NCBI GenBank assembly: GCA_045561735.1
Contig: JBJKXC010000026.1
Location: 2,255-66,254, forward strand
Direction of reading: 5' to 3'
From: Flavobacteriaceae bacterium
GTDB lineage: Bacteria; Bacteroidota; Bacteroidia; Flavobacteriales; Flavobacteriaceae
DNA length: 64,000 bases
Shown: in pieces, positions 29,852 to 40,338 of the stretch
Numbering within the stretch: position 1 is the stretch's first letter
Layout: every line of letters begins with the position of its first letter
Made by a program: the position numbers and the translations under genes
The notes under the pieces: generated by a model
Database searches by the model: none
What the model saw: the letters and a program-made list of their open reading frames with translations, nothing else
Told to the model about the DNA's origin: nothing

Positions 29852-31684
29852 TTAATTATCGCGCTTCACATGAATTACACCAGTGATGGTATGTGGATTT
29901 CCTTGATAGTCAAAATACGAGCCCCCGAAATCAATATCAATATAATCACCAATACTAGTTCCATATGAATTTAGGTTTAAAATTATTTCGTTGTTTGCAT
30001 TATAGTCAGGATAAATTGGGCATGTTTCAATAAAACTAAAATCGTTATTTCCATATCCGTACTGATATTCTCCTTCATTATTTGGATAATTTGGATTCAA
30101 ATTAACGCTTAACCAGAAGCAGTCATCCCAATTGTTATTATTGTCTTGTCCGAAATATTGAATTTCTAACCCAAATTGTCCGCCCTCTTGAACGGTAATG
30201 TTTGATAAAATATATTCTAAATCACCACCGTCAATACTATACTGAATGAATTCATCTATACTATCACAAGCATATAAATTTCCTAGGTCCGTATCTGGAC
30301 TTGTAAGTGTGTAATTAATCTCTCCAGTGGTTTCTAGGGAATCGTAATCGAATCCGGTTATGCTTAGGTTTGAGTTTTCATTACAACTCAAGACATTAAT
30401 TTCGAAAACTCCATCAGTTACAATGTTGTAAAAACTTGAGCCTCCTTCAATAACACCTTCTACATACCCATTAACAACCGTACTTCCATCACACTTATTA
30501 AAGACTCCAGTAATTGTTTCAAGGTATTCTTCAACCTCAGGGGCATCTAGTACAAAATTTAGATTAACGTCTTGACTAAATGGACCAAAAGTTTGAGATG
30601 TATTAGGAATTTCCTCATTATTACAAATACCATTGAAGAAATAACTTAAATTTAAAACTTGATTTGCCGGTATAATTCCACAAACATCTCCAGTTTCATT
30701 TGTAAGACCATAGCCTGTGCCATTAAATTCACTTTCAATACTTACAAGTATATTACTCAAAGGCGTATTATTTGCATCGCTAACGTTGATGCATATATTC
30801 ACGTATTCTGTAGGAATATCACAATTCCAAAACGAGAAATGACTTACTGTACCGATGTAACTATTTCCCTGAAGTGTGGCACTGCCCTCCTCAATCCAAT
30901 AGCCATTATCTTCATCAAAATACCAAAGTGGGATTTCATTAGGCGCTCCGCTGAGTGTTTCAGGGTCTAGTGGAACTGAAATTATTGCTTCTGAACCTTC
31001 TGATAGATTTAGTTTTTCTCCTGTATCGCTTCTAAGCTCCACCGCTAACATACCCAAAGTTTCCAGCATCCGAGCCTCATTTTGATAGTTCTGAGCGAGT
31101 AGCATCCCTGGCATTTGTTGCGTCATTGTTTCATCAGTAGGATTTAAAAAATGTAGAGTCACTTGTACATTTCCTGAATAATCACTACCGTCTAAATTGC
31201 TATATTCTCCAAAGAGTTCAACTGCTGCTCCATTGCTTAAACTTACTGTTTCATTAATCCCTGAGAGGACCGTATGAGACACAGTTTGTGGTAAGAGCAT
31301 GATTTTAACATGATTGACACCTAAGCTTGGGACCACTGATCTTGAGCCATGAATGAAGCCTACCTTTTCAGCTTTTACATAAGCAAATTTTTCAAAAACT
31401 TGAGCATTTCGAATGATAAAGATACCATTGTTGTCAGTATTTGTTGAGGAATTACCAATCATAATTAATGCTCCACTAACAGGGTTATTTTGAAGATCTA
31501 CAACTTGACCCATAAAATTATGGTTGGCTGTTTGACCAAAGTTTTCTATAAAGTTAGTAGGGGGATTAGATGAGTTGTTGTCTCCAATATTTCCAGTTGG
31601 GTCTTCATTGCAATTGGACAGAGAAAAAATGAAAAGTAATAAAATTAAAAACTTCGAAATAGTTGTTTTGTATGTAGAGATCAT
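29852..31684 (-). CDS. Surface lipoprotein with carboxypeptidase-regulatory-like (beta-sandwich) domains
   Basis: Lipobox LSNC followed by acidic NED; GQVVDLQNNPVSGA..TDNNGIF; IPLWYFDEDNGYWIEEG; VSHFSFWNCD. Confidence 0.75.
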   Translation of the reverse strand: MISTYKTTISKFLILLLFIFSLSNCNEDPTGNIGDNNSSNPPTNFIENFGQTANHNFMGQVVDLQNNPVSGALIMIGNSSTNTDNNGIFIIRNAQVFEKFAYVKAEKVGFIHGSRSVVPSLGVNHVKIMLLPQTVSHTVLSGINETVSLSNGAAVELFGEYSNLDGSDYSGNVQVTLHFLNPTDETMTQQMPGMLLAQNYQNEARMLETLGMLAVELRSDTGEKLNLSEGSEAIISVPLDPETLSGAPNEIPLWYFDEDNGYWIEEGSATLQGNSYIGTVSHFSFWNCDIPTEYVNICINVSDANNTPLSNILVSIESEFNGTGYGLTNETGDVCGIIPANQVLNLSYFFNGICNNEEIPNTSQTFGPFSQDVNLNFVLDAPEVEEYLETITGVFNKCDGSTVVNGYVEGVIEGGSSFYNIVTDGVFEINVLSCNENSNLSITGFDYDSLETTGEINYTLTSPDTDLGNLYACDSIDEFIQYSIDGGDLEYILSNITVQEGGQFGLEIQYFGQDNNNNWDDCFWLSVNLNPNYPNNEGEYQYGYGNNDFSFIETCPIYPDYNANNEIILNLNSYGTSIGDYIDIDFGGSYFDYQGNPHTITGVIHVKRDN

Positions 31685-31742
31685 ATTGTTAAATAATTAA
31701 TTATAAATTATAACAATATATGATTTTTTAACTACAAAAGAC

Positions 31743-33392
31743 CTAAAGTAGCATTGTGACAGGATTTTCTATATATTCTTTGAGCGTTTGTAAAAAAGCC
31801 GCACCTGTAGCGCCATCAACTGTTCTGTGATCACAAGCTAAGGTAAGTTTCATTGTATTTCCTATAACAATCTGACCTTCTTTTACCACTGGTTTTTGAA
31901 CGATTGTGCCAACAGATAAAATTGCAGAGTTGGGTTGATTAATAATTGAAGTAAAACTTTCAATACCAAACATGCCCAAATTAGAAATGGTAAAAGTACT
32001 TCCTTCCATTTCTTGCGGAGTTAATTTTTTATTACGAGCACGTTCAGCAAAATCTTTTATAGCTGCTCCTATTTGTGGCAGGGTCTGTTCATTTGCAAAT
32101 TTGACCACAGGCACCACCAGACCATCTTCAACGGCCACGGCCACACTGATGTGCACATGGTTGTTGAGTTTCATTCGGTCTTCGAACCACTGAGAGTTGA
32201 CTTGTGGGTGTTTACGTAGTGCCAATGCACAAGCTTTTACTACAATATCATTAAAAGATATTTTTGTATTTGGTATAGAGTTGAACTGTTTTCTAAATGC
32301 TATCGAATTGTCCATATCAAATTCCACAGCCAAATAGTAATGTGGTGCAGAAAACTTAGATTCACTCAATCGTTTTGCAATAACTCTACGCATTTGTGAG
32401 TGCATGATTTCATCAGTATCTTCTTGACCAGAGGCTACAAATTTTGTAACTGGAGGTGCAGTTGTTACATTATGGGGGGTGAAGTTTTCCACGTCTCGTT
32501 TAATAATTCGTCCATTATCACCAGTTCCTTGTAACTGGTTTAGAGGAATGCCTCTTTCCTCTGCAATTTTTTTTGCCAAGGGGGAGATGTATAGTCTGCC
32601 GTTGTTTGTCACAACAGTTGTTGATGGGGGTTCGGTTTCTAATTTGGGTGTTTCGACTTGCTTTTGCGTATCAGTGGGTGTTACAGCTTGTGGTGTTTCT
32701 GCAAATTTTTCTTCAGCAATATTCGTTTCCTTTTGAGCACTGATTGAGAAGTTTTGTACAAGATTGCTTACGTCTGTTCCCTCTGGTCCAATAATTGCTA
32801 AAAGCTCATCTACTTTTGCAGATTCTCCAACTGCAAGTCCGATATGAAGTAGGGTCCCTTCGTTGAAGGATTCAAACTCCATTGTAGCTTTATCAGTATC
32901 AATTTCTGCTAATATTTCTCCCTCTTCTACGAAGTCCCCTACATTTTTTAGCCAGCTCGCTACAGTACCCTCTTCCATAGTATCACTTAAGCGTGGCATG
33001 GTTACCATGACAACTCCCTCAGGAGTGTCTAAAGACACACTTTTTTCAGCTTCAGTGTCATCTTCATTTTCATTGGGTGATTCTAAAATTTCTTCTTCAA
33101 TTTTTTTTGGCTGCGTAACCGCTCTACCTTCCAAAAGCGCAGAAATGTCCTCGCCTTCTTCGCCAATTATGGCCAGCAGTTCATCTACTTTTGTAGTTTC
33201 TCCTTCTTGAATTCCAATGTGTAATAACACACCTTCATTGAAAGATTCAAACTCCATAGTGGCTTTATCAGTTTCAATTTCGGCAAGAATATCTCCCTCT
33301 TCTACGCGGTCCCCTACTTTTTTTAACCAACTTGCTACTGTACCTTCTTCCATGGTATCACTCAAGCGGGGCATGTTAACGACAATTGCCAT
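31743..33392 (-). CDS. pdhC: Pyruvate dehydrogenase E2 (dihydrolipoamide acetyltransferase), two lipoyl domains
   Basis: Two MPRLSDTMEEG..TDKATME lipoyl domains, SPLAKKIA E3-binding domain, CDHRTVDG catalytic motif. Confidence 0.96.
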   Translation of the reverse strand: MAIVVNMPRLSDTMEEGTVASWLKKVGDRVEEGDILAEIETDKATMEFESFNEGVLLHIGIQEGETTKVDELLAIIGEEGEDISALLEGRAVTQPKKIEEEILESPNENEDDTEAEKSVSLDTPEGVVMVTMPRLSDTMEEGTVASWLKNVGDFVEEGEILAEIDTDKATMEFESFNEGTLLHIGLAVGESAKVDELLAIIGPEGTDVSNLVQNFSISAQKETNIAEEKFAETPQAVTPTDTQKQVETPKLETEPPSTTVVTNNGRLYISPLAKKIAEERGIPLNQLQGTGDNGRIIKRDVENFTPHNVTTAPPVTKFVASGQEDTDEIMHSQMRRVIAKRLSESKFSAPHYYLAVEFDMDNSIAFRKQFNSIPNTKISFNDIVVKACALALRKHPQVNSQWFEDRMKLNNHVHISVAVAVEDGLVVPVVKFANEQTLPQIGAAIKDFAERARNKKLTPQEMEGSTFTISNLGMFGIESFTSIINQPNSAILSVGTIVQKPVVKEGQIVIGNTMKLTLACDHRTVDGATGAAFLQTLKEYIENPVTMLL

Positions 33393-33395
33393 AAT

Positions 33396-34394
33396 TTATA
33401 ATTTATGTTTTAAAAATGGGTAATCTTTTTGTTCATAAACAGCATCGTACATGAGACTTTTTTCAGGATATGGAGATTCGTCCGCAAATTTCTCACAGGC
33501 TGCAACGAGTTCTTTTACTCGTGCGTTGATGGCCTTGATGTCTTCTTCAGTTGCGTAATTATTTTTTAGAATCACTTCTTTTACTTGATTGATAGGGTCA
33601 ATTTTTTGATATTCTTTAACCTCATCTTTCGTTCTGTAATGTTGAGCATCACTCATGGAGTGTCCTCTATATCGATAGGTTTTCATCTCTAAAAATGTAG
33701 GACCATCGCCACGTCTGGCACGTTGGATTGCTTCGTCAAATACTTCAGCGACTTTGATGGGATTCATACCATCTACTGGGCCACAAGGCATTTCATAACC
33801 GAGTCCAAGCTTCCAAATATCGGTGTGATTTGCGGTACGTTCTACTGAAGTCCCCATGGCGTAACCGTTATTTTCACACACAAATACCACGGGCAATTTC
33901 CAAGTCATGGCCATGTTAAAAGTTTCATGTAGTGAGCCTTGACGTGCGGCACCATCCCCAAAAAAACAGAGCGTAACCGCACCAGTTTCGTTGTATTTAT
34001 CTCCAAATGCCATACCAGCTCCTAGCGGAATTTGGCCGCCAACAATGCCATGACCTCCGTAAAATCCATGTTCTTTAGAAAAAATATGCATTGAACCTCC
34101 CAAGCCTTGAGAAGTTCCTGTTGCTTTTCCAAACAATTCTGCCATGACCCTACGCGGATCTACGCCCATACCAATGGGTTGCACATGATTTCTATAAGCG
34201 GTTATCATTTTATCTTTGGATAGATCCATGGCATGCAAAGCACCAGCTAAGACTGCTTCCTGTCCATTGTATAAGTGCAAAAATCCTCTTACTTTTTGCT
34301 GGATGTATACAGCGGCGAGTTTGTCTTCAAACTTGCGCCAAAAGTGCATGTTTTCATACCAATCTAAATACGTCTCTTTGGTTATTTCTTGCAT
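33396..34394 (-). CDS. pdhA: Pyruvate dehydrogenase E1 alpha subunit
   Basis: GFLHLYNGQEA, GDGAARQG...ENN TPP motif, YRYRGHSMSD. Confidence 0.97.
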   Translation of the reverse strand: MQEITKETYLDWYENMHFWRKFEDKLAAVYIQQKVRGFLHLYNGQEAVLAGALHAMDLSKDKMITAYRNHVQPIGMGVDPRRVMAELFGKATGTSQGLGGSMHIFSKEHGFYGGHGIVGGQIPLGAGMAFGDKYNETGAVTLCFFGDGAARQGSLHETFNMAMTWKLPVVFVCENNGYAMGTSVERTANHTDIWKLGLGYEMPCGPVDGMNPIKVAEVFDEAIQRARRGDGPTFLEMKTYRYRGHSMSDAQHYRTKDEVKEYQKIDPINQVKEVILKNNYATEEDIKAINARVKELVAACEKFADESPYPEKSLMYDAVYEQKDYPFLKHKL

Positions 34395-34485
34395 TTGTTT
34401 ACAATAGTAATTTTCCTATCATCTACAAAAATAACACTTTGATTCCTAACCGGAAAAGGGAAGTTGTAAATTTTTAATTAAATCA

Positions 34486-34968
34486 TTACAATACGGTTTT
34501 ATCGAAAACCCAGGGTAATAAGTTTTCAACAGAGTCAGAGTAGGCCACTTGGCCCTCCGTGCCCATAAAATAGAGCTCTATTGGGATATTTTGCCTTTGC
34601 TCATATTCTACAAGCGATTGCCGACAGGCACCACATGGAGGAATCGGACGGTCGAGTACCTTTTCTTGTAATCCTGCCGAAATGGCTATTTTTAAAATCT
34701 TTTGATTTGGAAATTTCGCTCCAGCGTAGAAAATAGCAGTTCGTTCCGCACACAAACCAGAGGGGTAAGCAGCATTTTCTTGGTTACTTCCCGTAATCAC
34801 CTCGCCGTTTTCTAATTTCAAAGCGGCGCCCACCAAGAATTTAGAGTAGGGCGCATAAGCATTTTTTCGGGCTGTTTCAGCAGCTTTGAAAAGTTCTTGG
34901 ACATCTTCTTTCAACGCTTCTTTTGAAGAGTAAATTGTAAACTCGGTATTGAATTTGATATTTTCCAA
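34486..34968 (-). CDS. cdd: Cytidine deaminase
   Basis: AYAPYSKF, NQENAAYPSGLCAER, PPCGACRQ. Confidence 0.95.
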   Translation of the reverse strand: MENIKFNTEFTIYSSKEALKEDVQELFKAAETARKNAYAPYSKFLVGAALKLENGEVITGSNQENAAYPSGLCAERTAIFYAGAKFPNQKILKIAISAGLQEKVLDRPIPPCGACRQSLVEYEQRQNIPIELYFMGTEGQVAYSDSVENLLPWVFDKTVL

Positions 34969-34975
34969 ATGGGAT

Positions 34976-36244
34976 TTAATATTCTAAATATTCACCATCA
35001 CCAATGTTAAAAGAAAGAGAAAAACGAAGCGTACTTTCCAAGGGGCTTTGTATTTTAGATGCGGAAAATAAATAAGACAAATCTATATTTACGGTTGTAT
35101 ATTTAAAGCCAGCACCTATAGTAAAGAACTTTCGCGCTCCCTTGTCTTCATTTTCATTAAAGTACCCAGCACGTAAGGCGAAAGAGTCTTGGTATAAATA
35201 CTCTGCACTCAGCGCCCATGTAAACTCATCCAATTCTTCACGAAATCCACCTGGCGCATCTCCAAATGATTGAAAAATACCTTGAATAAATCCCACGTTA
35301 GGGTCTTGTCCTTCAATAATAACATTATCATTTACAATACTCCCTAGCGTATCATCTTCTTCATTGTAAATACCATCCCCATTATCGTCTGTATATTCAA
35401 ATTCTTTTCCGTAAATAGGTGGTGTAGGGACCAATAATTTAGCGACTTCAGCAGTGACACTTAATTTATTATAATAATCGAAAATAAAATCAAAGCCGCC
35501 ACCCAACCTCAGTGTAGTGGGAATGAAATTTTCACGGCCTCCATCATCGTATTTAATTTTAGGGCCAATATTTTGCAGGGCAAATCCACCTCGCCAACGG
35601 CCATTAAATTCATTATAAGCCACTTCTTCACTTTGGTAATAGCCTGAAATATCAACACCATATGAGCCCGCTGCTTGCGCATTTGCATCGAGTGCTTGAA
35701 TTCTCAGATCGGATCGTAAATAACGCAAGGCTACCGACATTGAAAACTGATCTGATAAACGTAATGCATAAGATACATCCAAAGTAAGTTCGTTAGGTTT
35801 AGCTATAATTCCGACATCTTCAGCAGTTTCTCTTAATTCAATTTCCCCCAAAGAAAAATATCTAAAACTAGCCGCAAAAGCACTACGCTCGCTGATTCGG
35901 TTGAAGTAATTTAGACTTGAGATAAAAACATCATTGACGAGCTTTCTTAAGTAGGGTGTATAATTAATTCCAAAACCTGATTTTGTTTCTGAAAATGCAT
36001 ATTTGGAAGGATTCCATTGCTGAGAATAAGTATCCACAGAAGTGGCTACACCCATATCTCCCAGACCTGCCGCTCTAGCATCATTAGCAATTAGTAAAAA
36101 AGGGACTGATGTGGTTATCGTCCTTAAATCCTCATTATCTGGAATTATAACTGTTTGAGCCCAAGTTACATTGCAGTATAGCATAGCGATGACTAATAAA
36201 GTTGAAATTCTAAATGCGACGATTATTTTTTTTAGGTTCATCAT
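34976..36244 (-). CDS. porV: T9SS outer-membrane shuttle PorV
   Basis: TSVPFLLIANDARAAGLGD, WNPSKYAF, KGARKFFT, SPLESTLRFSLSF; directly downstream of porU. Confidence 0.93.
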   Translation of the reverse strand: MMNLKKIIVAFRISTLLVIAMLYCNVTWAQTVIIPDNEDLRTITTSVPFLLIANDARAAGLGDMGVATSVDTYSQQWNPSKYAFSETKSGFGINYTPYLRKLVNDVFISSLNYFNRISERSAFAASFRYFSLGEIELRETAEDVGIIAKPNELTLDVSYALRLSDQFSMSVALRYLRSDLRIQALDANAQAAGSYGVDISGYYQSEEVAYNEFNGRWRGGFALQNIGPKIKYDDGGRENFIPTTLRLGGGFDFIFDYYNKLSVTAEVAKLLVPTPPIYGKEFEYTDDNGDGIYNEEDDTLGSIVNDNVIIEGQDPNVGFIQGIFQSFGDAPGGFREELDEFTWALSAEYLYQDSFALRAGYFNENEDKGARKFFTIGAGFKYTTVNIDLSYLFSASKIQSPLESTLRFSLSFNIGDGEYLEY

Positions 36245-36278
36245 TTTTTAATTTGAATCAAACAAATATATGTTTTTA

Positions 36279-39200
36279 TTAAAGGATAACAAGTTTTTCA
36301 ATTTTTTCAGATTTCAGGCCAGTCAATTGAGATTTTACATTTAATTTATAGATATAAACCCCTTTGCCAATTTTACTACCAAAATCATCAGTCCCGTCCC
36401 AACTGATATTTCGGGATAGTGAACTCGTAGATCCGCTGGTATTGGTTTGACTATTAATGGTTTTTATTAATTTTCCTGAAATTGTAAATATTTGTATTGA
36501 AACGTCTAAAACCCCAGAACTATTGTGATTGAACCAAAATTCTGTATAATTAATGAATGGATTGGGGTAATTAAGTATATTGGTGATTTCTAAACTTTCA
36601 TTTTGATCAAAGACAGTAAATTGAATTTCTTTTGTGCTGGCATTGTTATAGACATCCCAGGCTTTTAGGGAAAGTGTATGAAGACCAGGCTCTAAATTTC
36701 TAAACGGATAACTCAAGCTTCCACTCTGGTAGCTATCCACATCAGCTATGTAATAATCATTTAAAATGAATGGGTTGGTTTCATCGCCATCTAATATCGC
36801 AACAATATCATGACCTACGCCACTGGCTGTATTAATGCCATTTTCATCGTATAATTTAGCAATAAGTGTTGGGTTTTCATTGGTAATTCCTCCTGAAATA
36901 AAACTCTCATCGTTCATGTATAACTCAATGTTGGGTCCCTGGTTATCAACAACAGCATTTAAATTAACCCCACCAATCTGAATGTCAAAATTATAGCCTC
37001 TTTGGTCGGATAATGGTATTTCTGTTTTTGAGTAAAAGCTAATTTTTCCATTTCCAACTGGGATAACAATGTCACGAGGCACGATAAAATTAATCTCAAA
37101 TTCACCGTTTTCCACAGATGCCTGTCCTCTAAATAGAACCTCTCCTAAGGTTTCGTAATCCAATATAATAAGTTGACCATTAAAAGTCGAACCGTCATTA
37201 GCTAGGGTAGACCTTTGAATGCTTTTATCAAAGACTGTGGCAGTTAGTTTACCATTGTAATTACTTAATATATTTCCTTCTTCACCAGCGACAAAACCTT
37301 CAATTGTCGCAGAGCTTAAGGCTTGAAGCGTGATATTGGTATTAGCGATGTCTTCACCGTTTAGTTTGGTGGCAACGATATCGGGTTTAGCTAACGGTAG
37401 CTTGAGCGCTGGGTCTCCGATAAAAAATACCAATCTACGTTGAGTATTGTTCGTAACTGAGGGGTCGTTTTTAGTCAGTCTCAAAGCCTCGGCTATGCTG
37501 ATTGTTTGACTGTTTTCAAAATCAAATAAATATTGGCTTAAGGTTTGGTTAAATTCAATACCAACGCTTATAAAAATCTGTCGTGTGGTTGTAATCAGTC
37601 CAATAGCACCCCCTTTTTTGTTCCAATATAAAAATTCACCTGCAGTTTTTCGAAGTGGGTTATCAAATTTGGTAAATTCACAAGTAACGGTAACAAAACA
37701 AGCAAGCTTGTTTGGGTTGTTGAGTTCTTTGGCGTTTATTTTATCAAAAATACGCTCCGAAGCCAATCCGTCTTCCCCACCATGACCAAAATAATTTACT
37801 ACCACCGCACCCACTTCAAGCGCATCAAAAATGGCATCATTAACCTGCGGGTAACGTTCCCCACCTGCAGAAGATTCTTGCGTAAATGAATCAGAGTGAA
37901 TTTTTTCAACATTAATGAAAGGTTTCGAAGCTTTTACATCTTCGGCAATCTGATCAGTTGTTATCTGTAAAAATCGATCACTTAATTTATCGACATCATC
38001 TGAAATTAACAGAAAATTATTTCGCCAGTTAGCGTAGGCATCCACGTTGTAATAAGATTCAATTTTTTCGACCATTTCATCAGCACGTTGTGGTGATTCA
38101 GCTAAAATTCTGCCCACAGCGATATCTAACTTATCTGCAGAAGCCATACTCCCTTCAGAAGCATCCATCATCCCAAAAAAATCATCAGAAATAAAAGAAC
38201 TAGTTAAGCTAAAACTGTTTCTTGAAAGCCAAGAAGGTACAATGTTTGTGTTGTTCAGAATACGGTTTTTATAATCAAATGAAGCATCACCAAATAGACA
38301 CAAATACTTCAAGCGTTTATTTGGATTGCTGGAATTGTCATATACATATTTAACAAGATTTCGAATGGCAGAAATATCTTGCATTCCAGTACTAAACTCA
38401 GTGTATATTGATTCAAGTGTGACAACTTTTACATTAAGGTTGTTTTGTATTCTATTTATATTGGCCAAGCGTTCGGCTTGGGCACTCAAAAAATTTGGTG
38501 TAATTATTAAATAATCAATGTCTTGAAATTGCCCTTCGTTATTTAAAAATATAGTACCTTTTATGTCTTGGTTGGCTACTAAGCTATTAGCTAGCAATCT
38601 AGGGCGGTAAGTATTGGATAAAGCCACGGCTTGATAAATTTTAGAAGCCCCCAAGTTTGTCTTGAAACTAAATTCACTACTGTTTAATTCATTTTTGTAG
38701 TAAGTTGAATTGTAGGGATCTGTTACGTCCCAAACTTGATCAATCCCAGTCGCACTAGAAATATTAAATTGTCCAACTCCATTAAGTAATGGCATATCGT
38801 TATGCTTGAATTGAAATTGAAGTGCATTGGCGATAAGAGCTCTTTCAGCTTCCAAAGAAATGTAGTCTAAATAGGCTCTTGCAGATGGGTTTCCGTTATT
38901 ATTGTAAAATAAGTCAACTTTTACGGCATCCGAACTGCTTCCAATATCACCATTAAAGACCGCTTCCGTTCCAAGAACACCATATTGTACAGCAGCAAGT
39001 GAAAGATTGCTCACATCAGAGTTGTTTACTTTGATTTCCATATTCGTATTAGACTCTGCACTAGCGGCGACATAAACTTTGAGTTTGAGAGGGCTATCGG
39101 TAATTAGGTTTGGAAAGTCAAAATTGAAGCTTCGTGTATTTTCGAAATAAAAGCGATGGCCAAACCAACGACGACCTATTTGTCCAATATTATATTCGTC

Positions 39201-40121
39201 TTTTTCGAAAAATTTATAATCGTGAAATGTATTAAATAAGGTGCTTGGGCTCCCTAATGGTTGGTTGGCGGCACTCATTCGTAATCCATTATCACTATCT
39301 ATTTTAATGTAATAGTAACAAATATCGCTGTAAGGATTGACATGCGAGTTGTTTTCAGCATTGTAATGCTTCGGACCAATGGCGTAAAATAGTAAAAAAT
39401 CTTCGTTATTAAAGACGCCATCTTCTTCTCCAAAAAATTGGACAGCATTTTGAATCAAGTCGTAAGATTGGGTTTCATTATTTGCCAAAGGTAATGGTTG
39501 CCCACCATGTCCATAAATTTTTATTTTTTTTGGATTTACAACATCCGTATTGATTCCAAGTTCATCAAAAAATCCCTTATCTAATTTATGAACTCCTGTT
39601 GTATCAACCGCAAAGCGATACCATTGGCCAGTTTTCAATGCAGAACTTTGAAGAGAGGTACTTGAGCTGGATAATTTATTGTTAGATGATGAAGAATAAG
39701 AAAGTGTAAAATTCACTACTTTTTTTAAAATACCATTATCGTTGTAAATAGGATTTATTTCAATGGTATTATAGGTTTTACCTCTTGCATTTGAATTGAA
39801 AGTTCTTAGTCCAATATCTATTGGAATCCAGCTTAATTTTAAATCTTTTAAGTCTGATTCTGAAACAATAATCGTATTTATGTTTTTGATTTTAACACTT
39901 TTTAAATTGAGAGATATTTTGGAATCCAACTGCGCGATAAAAGTGATGCCTTTTTCAAAAGAAAAATTAAAATTTTTTGCTTTAAAATGGGGTAGCTCAA
40001 TTTGCTTTGACCCCGTAGAAAAAACTTTTGTACCATTCCAGCCAATTTCAAAGCGCTGAACTTGTGAATGACTTAGTGTCACAATGCACCAAAGCGTTAA
40101 AAAAAAAGAAATTTTTTTCAT
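36279..40121 (-). CDS. porU: T9SS sortase PorU (peptidase C25)
   Basis: GQWYRF, LCLFGDASFDYK, NYFGHGG and VTCEF His/Cys dyad, KAWDVYNN, C-terminal T9SS CTD (NYPNPF...KLVIL). Confidence 0.94.
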   Translation of the reverse strand: MKKISFFLTLWCIVTLSHSQVQRFEIGWNGTKVFSTGSKQIELPHFKAKNFNFSFEKGITFIAQLDSKISLNLKSVKIKNINTIIVSESDLKDLKLSWIPIDIGLRTFNSNARGKTYNTIEINPIYNDNGILKKVVNFTLSYSSSSNNKLSSSSTSLQSSALKTGQWYRFAVDTTGVHKLDKGFFDELGINTDVVNPKKIKIYGHGGQPLPLANNETQSYDLIQNAVQFFGEEDGVFNNEDFLLFYAIGPKHYNAENNSHVNPYSDICYYYIKIDSDNGLRMSAANQPLGSPSTLFNTFHDYKFFEKDEYNIGQIGRRWFGHRFYFENTRSFNFDFPNLITDSPLKLKVYVAASAESNTNMEIKVNNSDVSNLSLAAVQYGVLGTEAVFNGDIGSSSDAVKVDLFYNNNGNPSARAYLDYISLEAERALIANALQFQFKHNDMPLLNGVGQFNISSATGIDQVWDVTDPYNSTYYKNELNSSEFSFKTNLGASKIYQAVALSNTYRPRLLANSLVANQDIKGTIFLNNEGQFQDIDYLIITPNFLSAQAERLANINRIQNNLNVKVVTLESIYTEFSTGMQDISAIRNLVKYVYDNSSNPNKRLKYLCLFGDASFDYKNRILNNTNIVPSWLSRNSFSLTSSFISDDFFGMMDASEGSMASADKLDIAVGRILAESPQRADEMVEKIESYYNVDAYANWRNNFLLISDDVDKLSDRFLQITTDQIAEDVKASKPFINVEKIHSDSFTQESSAGGERYPQVNDAIFDALEVGAVVVNYFGHGGEDGLASERIFDKINAKELNNPNKLACFVTVTCEFTKFDNPLRKTAGEFLYWNKKGGAIGLITTTRQIFISVGIEFNQTLSQYLFDFENSQTISIAEALRLTKNDPSVTNNTQRRLVFFIGDPALKLPLAKPDIVATKLNGEDIANTNITLQALSSATIEGFVAGEEGNILSNYNGKLTATVFDKSIQRSTLANDGSTFNGQLIILDYETLGEVLFRGQASVENGEFEINFIVPRDIVIPVGNGKISFYSKTEIPLSDQRGYNFDIQIGGVNLNAVVDNQGPNIELYMNDESFISGGITNENPTLIAKLYDENGINTASGVGHDIVAILDGDETNPFILNDYYIADVDSYQSGSLSYPFRNLEPGLHTLSLKAWDVYNNASTKEIQFTVFDQNESLEITNILNYPNPFINYTEFWFNHNSSGVLDVSIQIFTISGKLIKTINSQTNTSGSTSSLSRNISWDGTDDFGSKIGKGVYIYKLNVKSQLTGLKSEKIEKLVIL

Positions 40122-40338
40122 GAAAAGCTAACGGGGATTCTTCAAAATTAGTATGCATATACTGATTTGATTTTCAAAATTACAACAATAAAACATGATA
40201 AAATCCGTTATTTTTCAAAAAGGTAATTTATTTGAGGTAAAATATCACACAATCGATTTAATATTATATTGCAAACCAAATCATATTTAGTATATTGCAA
40301 CTCCAATTTTTAAAATACTTTTTAAATAAAAATTAAGT

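Noticed and set aside
29683-29886. 67-aa ORF on the + strand
   Set aside because: It overlaps tRNA-Val(TAC), its promoter and its terminator.
32790-33385. Near-duplicated DNA segments in pdhC
   Set aside because: These are the two tandem lipoyl domains, a normal E2 architecture.
31743-34394. pdhA and pdhC without pdhB or lpdA
   Set aside because: A split PDH locus is usual in Flavobacteriaceae.
40265-40300. TATATTGCAA direct repeat upstream of gldJ
   Set aside because: Explained by a -33 TTG and a variant -7 element at normal spacing; there is no evidence for a separate operator.
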